Assembly (NCBI GenBank): GCA_025463335.1
Contig: JAOBWJ010000163.1
Coordinates: 14,671-78,670, forward strand
Length of the DNA stretch: 64,000 bases
Direction: 5' to 3'
From: Acidimicrobiales bacterium
GTDB lineage: Bacteria; Actinomycetota; Acidimicrobiia; Acidimicrobiales; CADCSY01
Below, one piece after another: positions 42,926 through 51,454 of this stretch. A model generated the notes under the pieces. It searched no databases and was not told where the DNA came from. It saw nothing but the letters and a program-made list of their open reading frames with translations. How positions within the stretch are numbered: position 1 is the stretch's first letter; every line of letters starts with the position of its first letter. The position numbers were made by a program, and so were the translations under genes.

Positions 42926-44659
42926 TCAGTCGGCCAGCGTCAGGGCCCTCAGCGTCTGCCAGGAACGGGTGGCCAGCTGGAGGTTGAACGCCGTCTCCGG
43001 CACCCCGAGGTCGTGCCCGCTGACCTCGCGGATTCGTCTGAGGCGGTACTTCAGCGTGCTGCGGTGGACGTTGAGGGCCCGGGCCGCGGTCTCGTGGTGC
43101 CGACCGCTGTCGAGGAACCGGCACAAGGTCAACACCAGCTCACCTCCTCGGTGGGCGTCGTAGTCCAGCAGAGCGCCCAACCACTCCCGGACGAAGCGAT
43201 CGATGCCGGCCGTGTCCTGCACGTTGGCGAGGATGCGGTAGACGCCAAGGTCGTCGAACGAGGTGGCCTGCTCGCTGTTACCGGCGATGTCCTGCACCTT
43301 CATGGCCAGCACGGCCTCCCCGTAGGACCGCGGGAAGTCGGCCGGCCGCCCACAACTCCCTCCGACGCCCACTTGGCACATCGTGCGACCCAGCTCGCCG
43401 GCTACCGCCAGCCGGAACTGCTCCCAGTCGGTATCGGTGTGGGCCAGGACGACGACGGCGCGACCACGACTCACCAGGAGCTCGCCGATGCCGGCGTCAC
43501 GCGACACCCGTCGCACGGCATGGAAGAAGACGTCGCTGCTCTTCTCCGGAGGTTGGCACCGCACGACGGCGACCCGGTGAGGCCGTCCGAGGTCATAGCC
43601 AAGGGCCTGGGCCCGCTCCTGGGCCCGCTCCTCGTCCATGCCGGTGAGCAGCTCCTCCACGAGATCGCGGCCGACCCGCACCTCGGTCTCGGCCATGCTC
43701 TGCAGGCGGGCCAGCTCCACGGCCAGGACAACCGCGCCGTGCTCGAGCGCGACGTGGGCCACCTCCCCGGCCGTACCGGTGGGATCGATCAGCACGAGCA
43801 CGCCGAGCACGTCGATGGCCGGGCGCGCCAACGCCAGCAAGCGGCCGCCGTGGCGCAGCGATGGGCCCTCTTCGGCCAGGCGGCCGAGGAGCTGCTCCCG
43901 GCTGGACGGATCGTCCTTCGGGTACGGGTCGGGCCGGGCGGGCCCGGCCCACGCCCGGAGGTTGCCGTACCGGTCCTCAACGGCGACCGAGTATCCGGTG
44001 AGTTCGTGCAGCGCCCTGGCGATGCCCTCCTGACCCTCGCCGGTCATGGCCACGCGCGTGAGGCGATCGTGGATGGCCGTGGTCTGCTCGAGGGTGGCGA
44101 CGGCGTGGGCCAACACCGCGTTGGCGCCGCGCAGCTCGGCGGCCGTGGCCCGTTCGCGAGCGTGGGCGCGTGTGTTCGCCAGGGCAATGCCCATCTGCTG
44201 AGCCAGCACCCGGAGCAGGAACTGCTCTGCCGCGCTCGGTGCGACATCCGCCCCCGCCACCAGATAGCCGAACGGGCCCTCCAGGCTGCGCAAGGGATAC
44301 GCCCACGCCCAGCCGTCAGGGGGGACGGTGATCTGGCCCCCGCCGGCCCCCAGCGCCACGAGCTGCGCCTCCACCTCTCGCCGCCCCGGATCGGTGCTGC
44401 ACGGCCCGGCCGGCAAGCACCACTCGCCTTCATCTGACAGGTACACGCCGTCCATTCGCCCCGGCACGAGCGACCGCACCGACGTGGCCGCCAGCTCCAG
44501 GAGCTGGGGCACGTCACCGCTCTCCACCATCAACATGGAGAGCACGAGCAGGCTCTGGAGGTTGGAGAGCTGCTCACGAACGGCCGGGTCATCAGCCAAT
44601 GCCGACCCCGCTCCCACCGCGCGATCGAGGGGGAGTCCGACGTTCGTCGTGTTACCCAC
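42926..44659 (-). CDS. PucR/CdaR-family transcriptional regulator with N-terminal GAF-like sensor regions
   Basis: Track ORF. GTG 44659 has GAGGAGG 5 nt upstream. C-terminal HTH ETAARALNVHRSTLKYRLRRIREVSG is typical of PucR_C. Confidence 0.8.
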   Translation of the reverse strand: MGNTTNVGLPLDRAVGAGSALADDPAVREQLSNLQSLLVLSMLMVESGDVPQLLELAATSVRSLVPGRMDGVYLSDEGEWCLPAGPCSTDPGRREVEAQLVALGAGGGQITVPPDGWAWAYPLRSLEGPFGYLVAGADVAPSAAEQFLLRVLAQQMGIALANTRAHARERATAAELRGANAVLAHAVATLEQTTAIHDRLTRVAMTGEGQEGIARALHELTGYSVAVEDRYGNLRAWAGPARPDPYPKDDPSSREQLLGRLAEEGPSLRHGGRLLALARPAIDVLGVLVLIDPTGTAGEVAHVALEHGAVVLAVELARLQSMAETEVRVGRDLVEELLTGMDEERAQERAQALGYDLGRPHRVAVVRCQPPEKSSDVFFHAVRRVSRDAGIGELLVSRGRAVVVLAHTDTDWEQFRLAVAGELGRTMCQVGVGGSCGRPADFPRSYGEAVLAMKVQDIAGNSEQATSFDDLGVYRILANVQDTAGIDRFVREWLGALLDYDAHRGGELVLTLCRFLDSGRHHETAARALNVHRSTLKYRLRRIREVSGHDLGVPETAFNLQLATRSWQTLRALTLAD

Positions 44660-44842
44660 GCCGCCTCCTCTCGTGTGCTTCGGAGCGTAGCCATCTGTCC
44701 TTCAGGGACGCACGGGCCTCCCCCCAAAGAGCCACTCGACCACAGACCGCGCGGCACTCGTCGGTCTGGCGGAAACCAGCGGGCTCGGTTTCGTCCCAGC
44801 GGGACATGGCCGCCGGGATGCGCCCGAAGGAGGCTGGACGCT

Positions 44843-46426
44843 GTGTCCACCTGCATCGACAGTGCTGCCCCAATCGAACCCGACGCGATCGATGATGCCG
44901 TCGCCGTCGTGGAGACCTTGGTGTTGGACGGCCGCTACGGCGATGCCGCCGAGGTCGCTCAGTCCGCCCTCCGGCATGACCGCGTTCTGGCCGAGGAGGG
45001 GGCCCGGCTCCGACTCGCCCTCTCGACCCTGCTCTTCGTGAGCGGCCAGCCCGGCGCCGTCGATGAGGCTGACATCGTCCTCGCGCAGCCCGATCTGCCC
45101 GACGAGCTCCACGTGCGAGCCGAGCTGGCCCGGCTGCTGGGCCTCCTCGCGGCCGACGAGCTGGACGCTGCCCGGGGCCAGGCCCAGATCATGCTCGCTG
45201 AGAGCAACCCCGCGGCCATCGCCGGCGCCCTGCTCGCCTTCGGCTTGCTGGCGTGGGACGACGGGCGGGTCAACGACAGCATCAGCTTCGTCAAGGCCGC
45301 GGTGCAGCGGGCCGACGGCGGGGCCGAGGAAGCGCGCCGCATCCATCCCCGCGTTGCCCTGACGGCGATGCTCATCGCGGTCGGCGAGCTCCGCGAGGCG
45401 GCCGACTGCCTGACCGCCGCCCGGGACGAGATCGACGAGGTCGGCGACGTCCTCTGGAACGACGCCCCACACGTCTTCCTGGCCTGCCTCCACGTGGCCG
45501 AGGGCCACCTCGACCAGGCCGTGGCCGAGGTGGAGCAGGCGCTGGCCGAGTCGGAGTCGCTGGGCACCACGCTCCTGGTCCCCCTGGCCCATTTCACCTG
45601 CGCCCACGTGGCCTTGCTGCGGGGCGACCTCGATGAGGCGGCCCGCCAGCTCCGGGCCGTGCCGCCAGGCGCGGGACCCCGGATCGGGTACGGCCGGGCC
45701 CTGCGGGTGTGGGTGGAGGCGCGTCTCGAGGCCGGCCGCCACGGGCTTCGAACGGTCGTCGTCGACGATGCCGCCGACCTCTATGCCGCGCCGGTCGCCC
45801 ATTGGCGCCTGTTCGTCGAGGAGCCGGCGTCCGCCGCCTGGTTCGTCCGGGCCGCGCTCGCTGCGGGCCGGACGAAGGAAGCGGCCACGGTCGCCAGCTG
45901 TGCCGAGCTGGTCGCCGCCATGAACCCCGGGGTCGGGACCGTGGCCGCCAGCGCCGACCACGCCCGCGGGGTGCTCGACCGCGATGCCGACGTGCTGGAC
46001 CGCGCCGCCGCCGGCCACACACGGGCGTGGGCCAAGGCGTCGGCCATGGAGGAGGCAGCCGTCGTGTTGCTCGACCGCGGCGACGAGGCGGGCGCCCGGG
46101 AGCGGTTGGCCGCCGCCGTCACCCACTACGAGGCGGCAGGCGCCACGCACGACGCTGCCCGGGTGCGGGGTCGGCTGCGCCATGTCGCCACTCGGCCGAC
46201 AGGGCGAGACGGGCGCCCGGTGCGGGGCTGGGCCAGCCTCACCGACACCGAGGGACACGTGGCCGATCTCGTGGCCTCGGGTCTCACCAACCCCGAGGTG
46301 GGCGAGCGGGTCTACCTCTCGCGCCACACCATCGACTTCCACCTGCGCCAGATCTACCGCAAGCTCGAGATCCATTCCCGGGTCGAGCTCGCCCGCCTGG
46401 TCACTCGGCGCGACCTGCGCCCGTAG
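44843..46426 (+). CDS. LuxR-family regulator with long all-helical (TPR-like) N-terminal region, no P-loop
   Basis: Track ORF 44675..46426 trimmed to GTG 44843 (GAAGGAGG 9 nt upstream). C-terminal LTDTEGHVADLVASGLTNPEVGERVYLSRHTIDFHLRQIYRKL. No Walker A motif is visible. Confidence 0.8.
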   Translation: MSTCIDSAAPIEPDAIDDAVAVVETLVLDGRYGDAAEVAQSALRHDRVLAEEGARLRLALSTLLFVSGQPGAVDEADIVLAQPDLPDELHVRAELARLLGLLAADELDAARGQAQIMLAESNPAAIAGALLAFGLLAWDDGRVNDSISFVKAAVQRADGGAEEARRIHPRVALTAMLIAVGELREAADCLTAARDEIDEVGDVLWNDAPHVFLACLHVAEGHLDQAVAEVEQALAESESLGTTLLVPLAHFTCAHVALLRGDLDEAARQLRAVPPGAGPRIGYGRALRVWVEARLEAGRHGLRTVVVDDAADLYAAPVAHWRLFVEEPASAAWFVRAALAAGRTKEAATVASCAELVAAMNPGVGTVAASADHARGVLDRDADVLDRAAAGHTRAWAKASAMEEAAVVLLDRGDEAGARERLAAAVTHYEAAGATHDAARVRGRLRHVATRPTGRDGRPVRGWASLTDTEGHVADLVASGLTNPEVGERVYLSRHTIDFHLRQIYRKLEIHSRVELARLVTRRDLRP

Positions 46427-46468
46427 GCCCTACCGCTGCACGTCGTCGAGCGCACCTAACGTCGCCCC

Positions 46469-46780
46469 ATGGGCATCACCGTGCACGACGCCAAGCGAGC
46501 TCGCACCAACCTCGAGGAGGCGCTGGAGTCGGCAGTCACGTTCCTCTCCCGGCATCCCGAGCACGCCGCGCTGGCGGCCAGCGCCGGGTCGATCGCACAG
46601 CGACTGGCCGCCACCACGGTCGGAGGCCGGGAGGCCGACCCGGCCGATCCCGGCGCCGTCGCCCTGCTCAACGATGCGGTGGCCGTGGGCAACGACGTGC
46701 TGGCCCAGACCGACGCGGGCCGCAAGGTCCCCCGGCTCACCAGCCGCATCGAGGACGCCGGCAAGCTGCTCGCCGGCTGA
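46469..46780 (+). CDS. Hypothetical protein (103 aa)
   Basis: Track ORF. G/C-rich third positions. No SD, but a TAACGT hexamer ends 7 nt before the ATG, compatible with a leaderless transcript. Confidence 0.5.
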   Translation: MGITVHDAKRARTNLEEALESAVTFLSRHPEHAALAASAGSIAQRLAATTVGGREADPADPGAVALLNDAVAVGNDVLAQTDAGRKVPRLTSRIEDAGKLLAG

Positions 46781-46787
46781 CGGCGGG

Positions 46788-47459
46788 TCAGACTCGTTCG
46801 TGTTGATGAGTGGCGCGTCGTGATCGCCGACGGCGCCACCAGTACACCCCTCCGATCACGAGAAGCACGCCCAGGAACGCCCACGTGCCGATTCCCAGGT
46901 AGTGATCCACGACGCGATAGCTCTCACCGGCGAGGTAGCCGAGCCCCACGTGCAGCACGCCGACCACGACCGCCCCGGCGACGTTCCACTTGAGGAAGCG
47001 GCGGTAGGGCATCCGGGCCTCCCCGGCCAGGGCCGGGACGATGGCTCGAACCACCGCCACCCAGCGCCCGAAGAAGATGGCCCTCCCACCGCGGTCTCGC
47101 AGGTAGTGGTCGGCTCGCTCCCATCGCTGGTCGCCCACGGCTCGACCGATGAAGCCGCTGCGCAACCGCGGGCCAAGATGACGCCCGAGCTCATAGCCGA
47201 TCGAGTCACCCACGATGGCGCCGACGACGGCGACGAGCATGTAGATGCCGACGCTGCCTTCCCCTCGCGATGCGAGCACGCCGGCGAACAGCAGCATGGT
47301 CTCGCCGGGGACCACCAACCCGACGAGCAGGGCCGATTCCGCCGCCGACGCGAGGAACACGATGAGGTAGATCCAGCCACCGATGTTCGACGGAATGGCA
47401 TTGAGCAGGAACTGCAACATCCGATCGGAGTATCGCAGCGACGACGACGACTGCGGCAC
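46788..47459 (-). CDS. DedA-family membrane protein
   Basis: Track ORF. VPGETMLLFAGVLA ... GDSIGYELGR ... FFGRWVAVVRAIVPALAG motifs. ATG 47420 is an alternative start. Confidence 0.8.
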   Translation of the reverse strand: MPQSSSSLRYSDRMLQFLLNAIPSNIGGWIYLIVFLASAAESALLVGLVVPGETMLLFAGVLASRGEGSVGIYMLVAVVGAIVGDSIGYELGRHLGPRLRSGFIGRAVGDQRWERADHYLRDRGGRAIFFGRWVAVVRAIVPALAGEARMPYRRFLKWNVAGAVVVGVLHVGLGYLAGESYRVVDHYLGIGTWAFLGVLLVIGGVYWWRRRRSRRATHQHERV

Positions 47460-47535
47460 GGACGTCTGAGCAAAGCCGGTCCGAGAGCCAGGACCTGGTC
47501 GGGCCGGTCAGCGCCTGCGGTACGAGATGGGGAGG

Positions 47536-48177
47536 TCACCTCTCCACCTTCAACGACGGATCGGGCAGGCCGGGCAGCAGGGTGGCAACGAGACCGTCTG
47601 CGTGCGCCTCGACCCAGGCGAGGTCGGTGGGCTCAGCGCCGGTGAGCAGCCGGGCCTCGGGTGCGTTGACGAACGGCAGCGAGGCAGCGCCGACGATCAC
47701 GTAGTGGACCATGGCGGGATCGATCGGCGCGGCGATGCCGGCGTCGCGCAGCCGCTGCCACACGTCCCGTATGGCGTCGTACATCGGGCGGACGTGGCGC
47801 TCGACCATCCAGCGGAGGCGGTCGCTGTCCTCGGTGGCCTCGTGCACCATGATCCGGTTGAGCTCGGGGTGGGCGGCGGCGAAGCGGACGAACCGTCGGA
47901 CCGCCTCGGCGAACGTCGCGGCCAGCCGGGCGGGGTCGTCGGTGCCGTCGGGCCGCGGCAGGTCGGCCAGCTCCTCGCCGAGCCTGCCGAAGAGGTGGTC
48001 GACGGCAGCGGCCCACAGCGCCTCCTTCGAGTCGAAGTGGTAGTTGATCTGGGGCTGGTGGGCGTCGACCCGCTGCGCGATCGACCGGGTCGACGCGCCG
48101 TCGAACCCCTTGGCACCGAACTCCACCAGCGCGGAATCGAGCAGTCGCTGGCGGATGTCCTCTCGTGTTCGGCGCAC
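47536..48177 (-). CDS. TetR-family transcriptional regulator
   Basis: Track ORF. N-terminal HTH LLDSALVEFGAKGFDGASTRSIAQRVDAHQPQINYHF. Confidence 0.9.
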   Translation of the reverse strand: MRRTREDIRQRLLDSALVEFGAKGFDGASTRSIAQRVDAHQPQINYHFDSKEALWAAAVDHLFGRLGEELADLPRPDGTDDPARLAATFAEAVRRFVRFAAAHPELNRIMVHEATEDSDRLRWMVERHVRPMYDAIRDVWQRLRDAGIAAPIDPAMVHYVIVGAASLPFVNAPEARLLTGAEPTDLAWVEAHADGLVATLLPGLPDPSLKVER

Positions 48178-48182
48178 CAGCC

Positions 48183-48204
48183 CATGTTATCATCCGATAA
48201 CATG
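48183..48204. promoter_or_regulatory. Perfect 22-bp palindrome CATGTTATC-ATCC-GATAACATG, candidate TetR operator
   Basis: Read directly at 48183-48204: 9-bp arms, 4-nt spacer, AT-rich in a GC-rich genome. Lies 6 nt from the TetR start (48177) and covers both candidate ATGs of the divergent PPOX gene. Confidence 0.5.
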
Positions 48205-48771
48205 CAGATCCTGCCACTGGAGACGGAGCCGTTCACGCCGTCCACGGACCGCGACATGCTCCCGTCGGAGCGGCGGACGTTCGTCCGAACCCACCGCACC
48301 TGCATCTTCGGAACCGCTCGGCGGGCCGACGGCCCGGCGATGTCGGTCGTGTACTACGTGCCGACCGACGGCGACGAGCTGCTGGTGTCGACCATGCGTG
48401 ACCGCGGCAAGGCCAAGGCGGTCGACCGACTCGGCAAGGTCAGCCTGTGCGTGCTCGACGAGCGCTGGCCCTTCACCTACCTGCAGGTCTACTGCGATGC
48501 CTCGGTCGACGACGACCCGGACGTCGTGGTCGACGTGATGATGGCGGTGGCCGGCCGCATGTCGGGCGAACCGCTGGCCGAGGACGCTCGGCCGTTCGTC
48601 GCCGCCATGGCCGCCGAAGAGCGCCGGGTGGTCCTGCGCTGCCGGCCCTACGCCACCTTCGCCCAGCCGCCCCGGCACCTCCATCGCAACGACCAGGCCG
48701 AGCCGATCACCCACTGGGTCTCGGCCTCGGTGCCCTGGGACGCCCCCGACCCCACCGAGGTGCCGACATGA
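48202..48771 (+). CDS. PPOX-class (pyridoxamine-5'-phosphate-oxidase-like) probable F420-dependent enzyme
   Basis: Tail of track ORF 47527..48771. In-frame ATGs at 48184 and 48202 both lie inside the palindrome. FVRTHRTCIFGTARRADGPAMSVVYY ... KVSLCVLDERWPFTYLQV resembles the split-barrel PPOX family. Confidence 0.75.
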   Translation: MQILPLETEPFTPSTDRDMLPSERRTFVRTHRTCIFGTARRADGPAMSVVYYVPTDGDELLVSTMRDRGKAKAVDRLGKVSLCVLDERWPFTYLQVYCDASVDDDPDVVVDVMMAVAGRMSGEPLAEDARPFVAAMAAEERRVVLRCRPYATFAQPPRHLHRNDQAEPITHWVSASVPWDAPDPTEVPT

Positions 48772-49640
48772 GGCTGGCCAACCTTGGTGGGCGCGCGACG
48801 CTCGTTGTGCCCGGGCGCGACGATCGGGGCGTCGACATCGCCGAGGTCTCCGGCGGCAAGTTCGGACCTGACGTGCAGGGCCTCTACGACCAGTGGGACG
48901 CCTTCCGGGCCTTCGCCTCCGCCCTCGACCTGAGCGCCGCGGCGTCGGTGAAGCTGGACGAGGCCGACCTGCGAGCGCCGGTGCCGGCGCCCCGGCAGGT
49001 GTTCGGCATTGGGCTCAACTACCGGTCCCACGCCGCCGAGTCCGGCATGGACCTGCCCACCGTGCCTGCCACGTTCACCAAGTTCCCGGCGAGCATCACC
49101 GGCCCCTTCGCTGACGTCGAGCTGCCCAACGGCACCGTCGACTGGGAGGTGGAACTGGTCGTCGTCGTCGGGCGCCGAGCCGACCGGGTGGCCGCCACCG
49201 ACGGCTGGTCGCACGTCGCCGGGCTCACGGTCGGCCAGGACCTGTCCGACCGGACCCTGCAGTTCGCCGCCGGCGGCCAGTTCAGCCTGGGCAAGTCACA
49301 CCGGGGCTTCGCCCCGCTCGGCCCCTGGGTGATCACGCCCGACGAGCTCGACGACCCCGACGACCTGGCGCTCGGCTGCAGCATCGACGGCGAGACCATG
49401 CAGGACGCCCGCACCAGCGACCTGCTCTTCGCGGTGTCGGACCTGGTCGCCGAGCTGTCGGCCGTCGTTCCGCTGCTGCCCGGCGACATCATCTTCACCG
49501 GCACACCGGCCGGCGTCGGCTTCACCCGCCAACCGCCCCGCTTCCTCCAGCCCGGCGAGACCCTCACGAGCTGGGTCGAGGGCATCGGCACCATCCGCAC
49601 CCGCTTCACCGCCCCGACCGGGGGTCGCGTTGCTGGGTGA
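48768..49640 (+). CDS. Fumarylacetoacetate hydrolase (FAH)-family hydrolase/decarboxylase
   Basis: Tail of track ORF 48447..49640. ATG 48768 overlaps the upstream stop (ATGA). FGIGLNYRSHA ... DWEVELVVVVG ... GDIIFTGTPAGVG. Confidence 0.9.
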   Translation: MRLANLGGRATLVVPGRDDRGVDIAEVSGGKFGPDVQGLYDQWDAFRAFASALDLSAAASVKLDEADLRAPVPAPRQVFGIGLNYRSHAAESGMDLPTVPATFTKFPASITGPFADVELPNGTVDWEVELVVVVGRRADRVAATDGWSHVAGLTVGQDLSDRTLQFAAGGQFSLGKSHRGFAPLGPWVITPDELDDPDDLALGCSIDGETMQDARTSDLLFAVSDLVAELSAVVPLLPGDIIFTGTPAGVGFTRQPPRFLQPGETLTSWVEGIGTIRTRFTAPTGGRVAG

Positions 49641-50529
49641 CCTGGAGCTGGGGTACCTCGGCGTCGAAGTACCGGACGTGGCGGCCTTCGGCGGGTTCCT
49701 GGCCGACGTCGTGGGTCTCGTGCCGGGCGACGATCCCGCCACCTGGCGCAACGACAGCAAGACACGGCGGATCGTCGTGACCAAGGGCCCGAGGGCCGAC
49801 GCCAGCTTCCTCGGGTTCGAGGCCGCCGGCCCCGACGAATGGGCAGCGACGGTGGCCAGGTTGGAGCACGTCGGCTACCGCGTGGTGCACGCCACCACCG
49901 AGGAGGCCGACCTCCGCCGGGTCGACCGGCTGGCGTCCGTCGAGTCCCCCTGGGGTGTCCCGGTCGAGGTGGCCCTCGGCCTCGCCGAGGCCGAGCAGCC
50001 GTTCGCCTCACCGCTGGTCGCCGGCGGGTTCGTGACCGAGGGCGAGGGGTTCGGCCACGTCGTGTTCGCCACCACCGAGTTCGAGGCGTCACACCGCTTC
50101 GTGACCGAGGGGCTCGGACTGCGCCAGACCGACTGGGTCGAGACCGAGATCGCCGCCGGGATCGAGCTGGAGATCCGCTTCTACCACTGCAACCCCCGGC
50201 ACCATTCGCTGGGGCTGGCCCGGGCACCGTTCGACCTGCCGCAGCGGCTGCACCACCTGATGGTCGAGGTCGCCGACCGCAACGACGTCGGCTACGCCTT
50301 CGACCGAGCTTGGAACGCCGGTTGTGTCGTCGCCAGCGGCCTCGGTCATCACCCCAACGACGAGATGTTCAGCTTCTACGTCGCGTCGCCGGCCGGCTTC
50401 CAGGTCGAGGTCGGCCACGGCGCCCGACTGGTCACCGAGGGCTGGAACCAGAACCGCCGCTACGACCGCATCAGCACCTGGGGCCACCAACCGATCCAAC
50501 CGCCCCACGAAGCACCGAAGGTCAGCTGA
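49630..50529 (+). CDS. Two-domain extradiol ring-cleavage dioxygenase (VOC superfamily, BphC/catechol-2,3-dioxygenase-like)
   Basis: Track ORF (TTG start, 11-nt overlap with the FAH gene). LGYLGVEVPDVAAF ... GFGHVVF ... FYHCNPRHHSLGL ... LHHLMVEV ... GHHPNDEMFSFY, as in type I extradiol dioxygenases. Confidence 0.85.
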   Translation: MLGDLELGYLGVEVPDVAAFGGFLADVVGLVPGDDPATWRNDSKTRRIVVTKGPRADASFLGFEAAGPDEWAATVARLEHVGYRVVHATTEEADLRRVDRLASVESPWGVPVEVALGLAEAEQPFASPLVAGGFVTEGEGFGHVVFATTEFEASHRFVTEGLGLRQTDWVETEIAAGIELEIRFYHCNPRHHSLGLARAPFDLPQRLHHLMVEVADRNDVGYAFDRAWNAGCVVASGLGHHPNDEMFSFYVASPAGFQVEVGHGARLVTEGWNQNRRYDRISTWGHQPIQPPHEAPKVS

Positions 50530-50611
50530 TCCGAGAACCCAGGGCCGTCGGACACCAGCCGCCACGTCGGGCGACTACCGCGCCCGCTCACGATGAGGTT
50601 GAAATCTCAAG

Positions 50612-50633
50612 GGCTTGTAGGTGAAAACAAGCC
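50612..50633 (-). terminator. Hairpin just downstream of tRNA-Leu (GGCTTGT-N8-ACAAGCC)
   Basis: 7-bp perfect stem read in the sequence, 4 nt beyond the tRNA CCA end on the minus strand. Followed by CTTGAGATTTC, so only a weak U tract. Confidence 0.3.
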
Positions 50634-50637
50634 GTGA

Positions 50638-50723
50638 TGGTGGGCGAGGGGGGACTTGAACCCCCACGTCCTTACGGACACTGGCACCTGAAGCCAGCGC
50701 GTCTGCCATTCCGCCACTCGCCC
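50638..50723 (-). tRNA. tRNA-Leu (anticodon CAG), CCA encoded
   Basis: The reverse complement reads GGGCGAG-TG-GCGGAATGGCAGACGC-G-CTGGC TTCAGGT GCCAG-TGTCCGTAAGGACGT-GGGGG TTCAAGT CCCCC-CTCGCCC-A-CCA. Confidence 0.9.
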
Positions 50724-50794
50724 GAGAAGCTCGGACAGGCTAGCTCACCCGGCGGGGGTCCCTGCAGGGGGTTGCTGGGTAGTGTCTGCCTTCG

Positions 50795-51454
50795 ATGGGC
50801 CTGAAGGGGTTCGAACGGCGCCTGGAGCGCCTGGTAGAGGGCGTCTTCACGCGCGCCTTCAAGTCGTCGCTGCGTCCGGTGGAGCTGGGACGGCGCCTGA
50901 TCCGGGAGATGGACGACCAGCGCACGGTGAACGTGCAGGGCAACGTGGCCGCGCCCAACCACTTCACGATCACCCTCGGACCCGACGACTACGCGCAGTT
51001 CGCCGAGATCGAGGAGAGCCTGCTGCGGGCGCTGGCCGACGAGGCCCGCACCCACGCCCGCGAGGAGAACTACGTCTTCATGGGCCCCGTCGAGGTCCAT
51101 CTGAACAAGGACGCCGACCTCGGCGTGGGCTCGTTCGGGCTGTCGGCCCGGTTCAAGGAGGGTGCTGGCGGCACGGCCGGCGGTTCGGTCGTGCTCGGCG
51201 ACGGCCGCCGATTCCCGCTCAGCGACGTGCCCCTCACCATCGGCCGGGCCACCGACGCCACCGTCCGGGTGAGCGACACCAGCGTGAGCCGGCGCCACGC
51301 CGAGATCCGCCCCTCCGGCGGGGGCTGGACGGTCGTCGACCTGGGCTCCACCAACGGCACCCGCGTCAACGGTGCCCCGATCACCGAGCACCGCCTGCAG
51401 GATGGCGACACCGTCACCGTCGGGGACGCCACGATGCGGTTCGAGGCCGGGTAG
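50795..51454 (+). CDS. fhaA: FhaA-type protein (DUF3662 N-domain + C-terminal FHA domain)
   Basis: Track ORF. MGLKGFERRLERLVEGVF N-terminus. FHA: LTIGRATDATVRVSDTSVSRRHAEI ... DLGSTNGTRVNG. Conserved position next to tRNA-Leu. Confidence 0.85.
   Translation: MGLKGFERRLERLVEGVFTRAFKSSLRPVELGRRLIREMDDQRTVNVQGNVAAPNHFTITLGPDDYAQFAEIEESLLRALADEARTHAREENYVFMGPVEVHLNKDADLGVGSFGLSARFKEGAGGTAGGSVVLGDGRRFPLSDVPLTIGRATDATVRVSDTSVSRRHAEIRPSGGGWTVVDLGSTNGTRVNGAPITEHRLQDGDTVTVGDATMRFEAG

Noticed and set aside
42645-43124. 159-aa version of the ORF upstream of the phosphatase.
   Set aside because: Its first 90 codons overlap the 3' end of the PucR gene and are Arg/Pro/Gly-rich. Only the last 69 codons, from ATG 42854, are retained, and with low confidence.
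41943-44842. HAIR (HspR) or CIRCE (HrcA) operators upstream of hsp20/dnaK.
   Set aside because: Neither the consensus nor near-consensus half-sites (CTTGAGT/ACTCAAG, TTAGCACTC/GAGTGCTAA) were seen by eye. The absence is reported as part of a finding, not as a feature.
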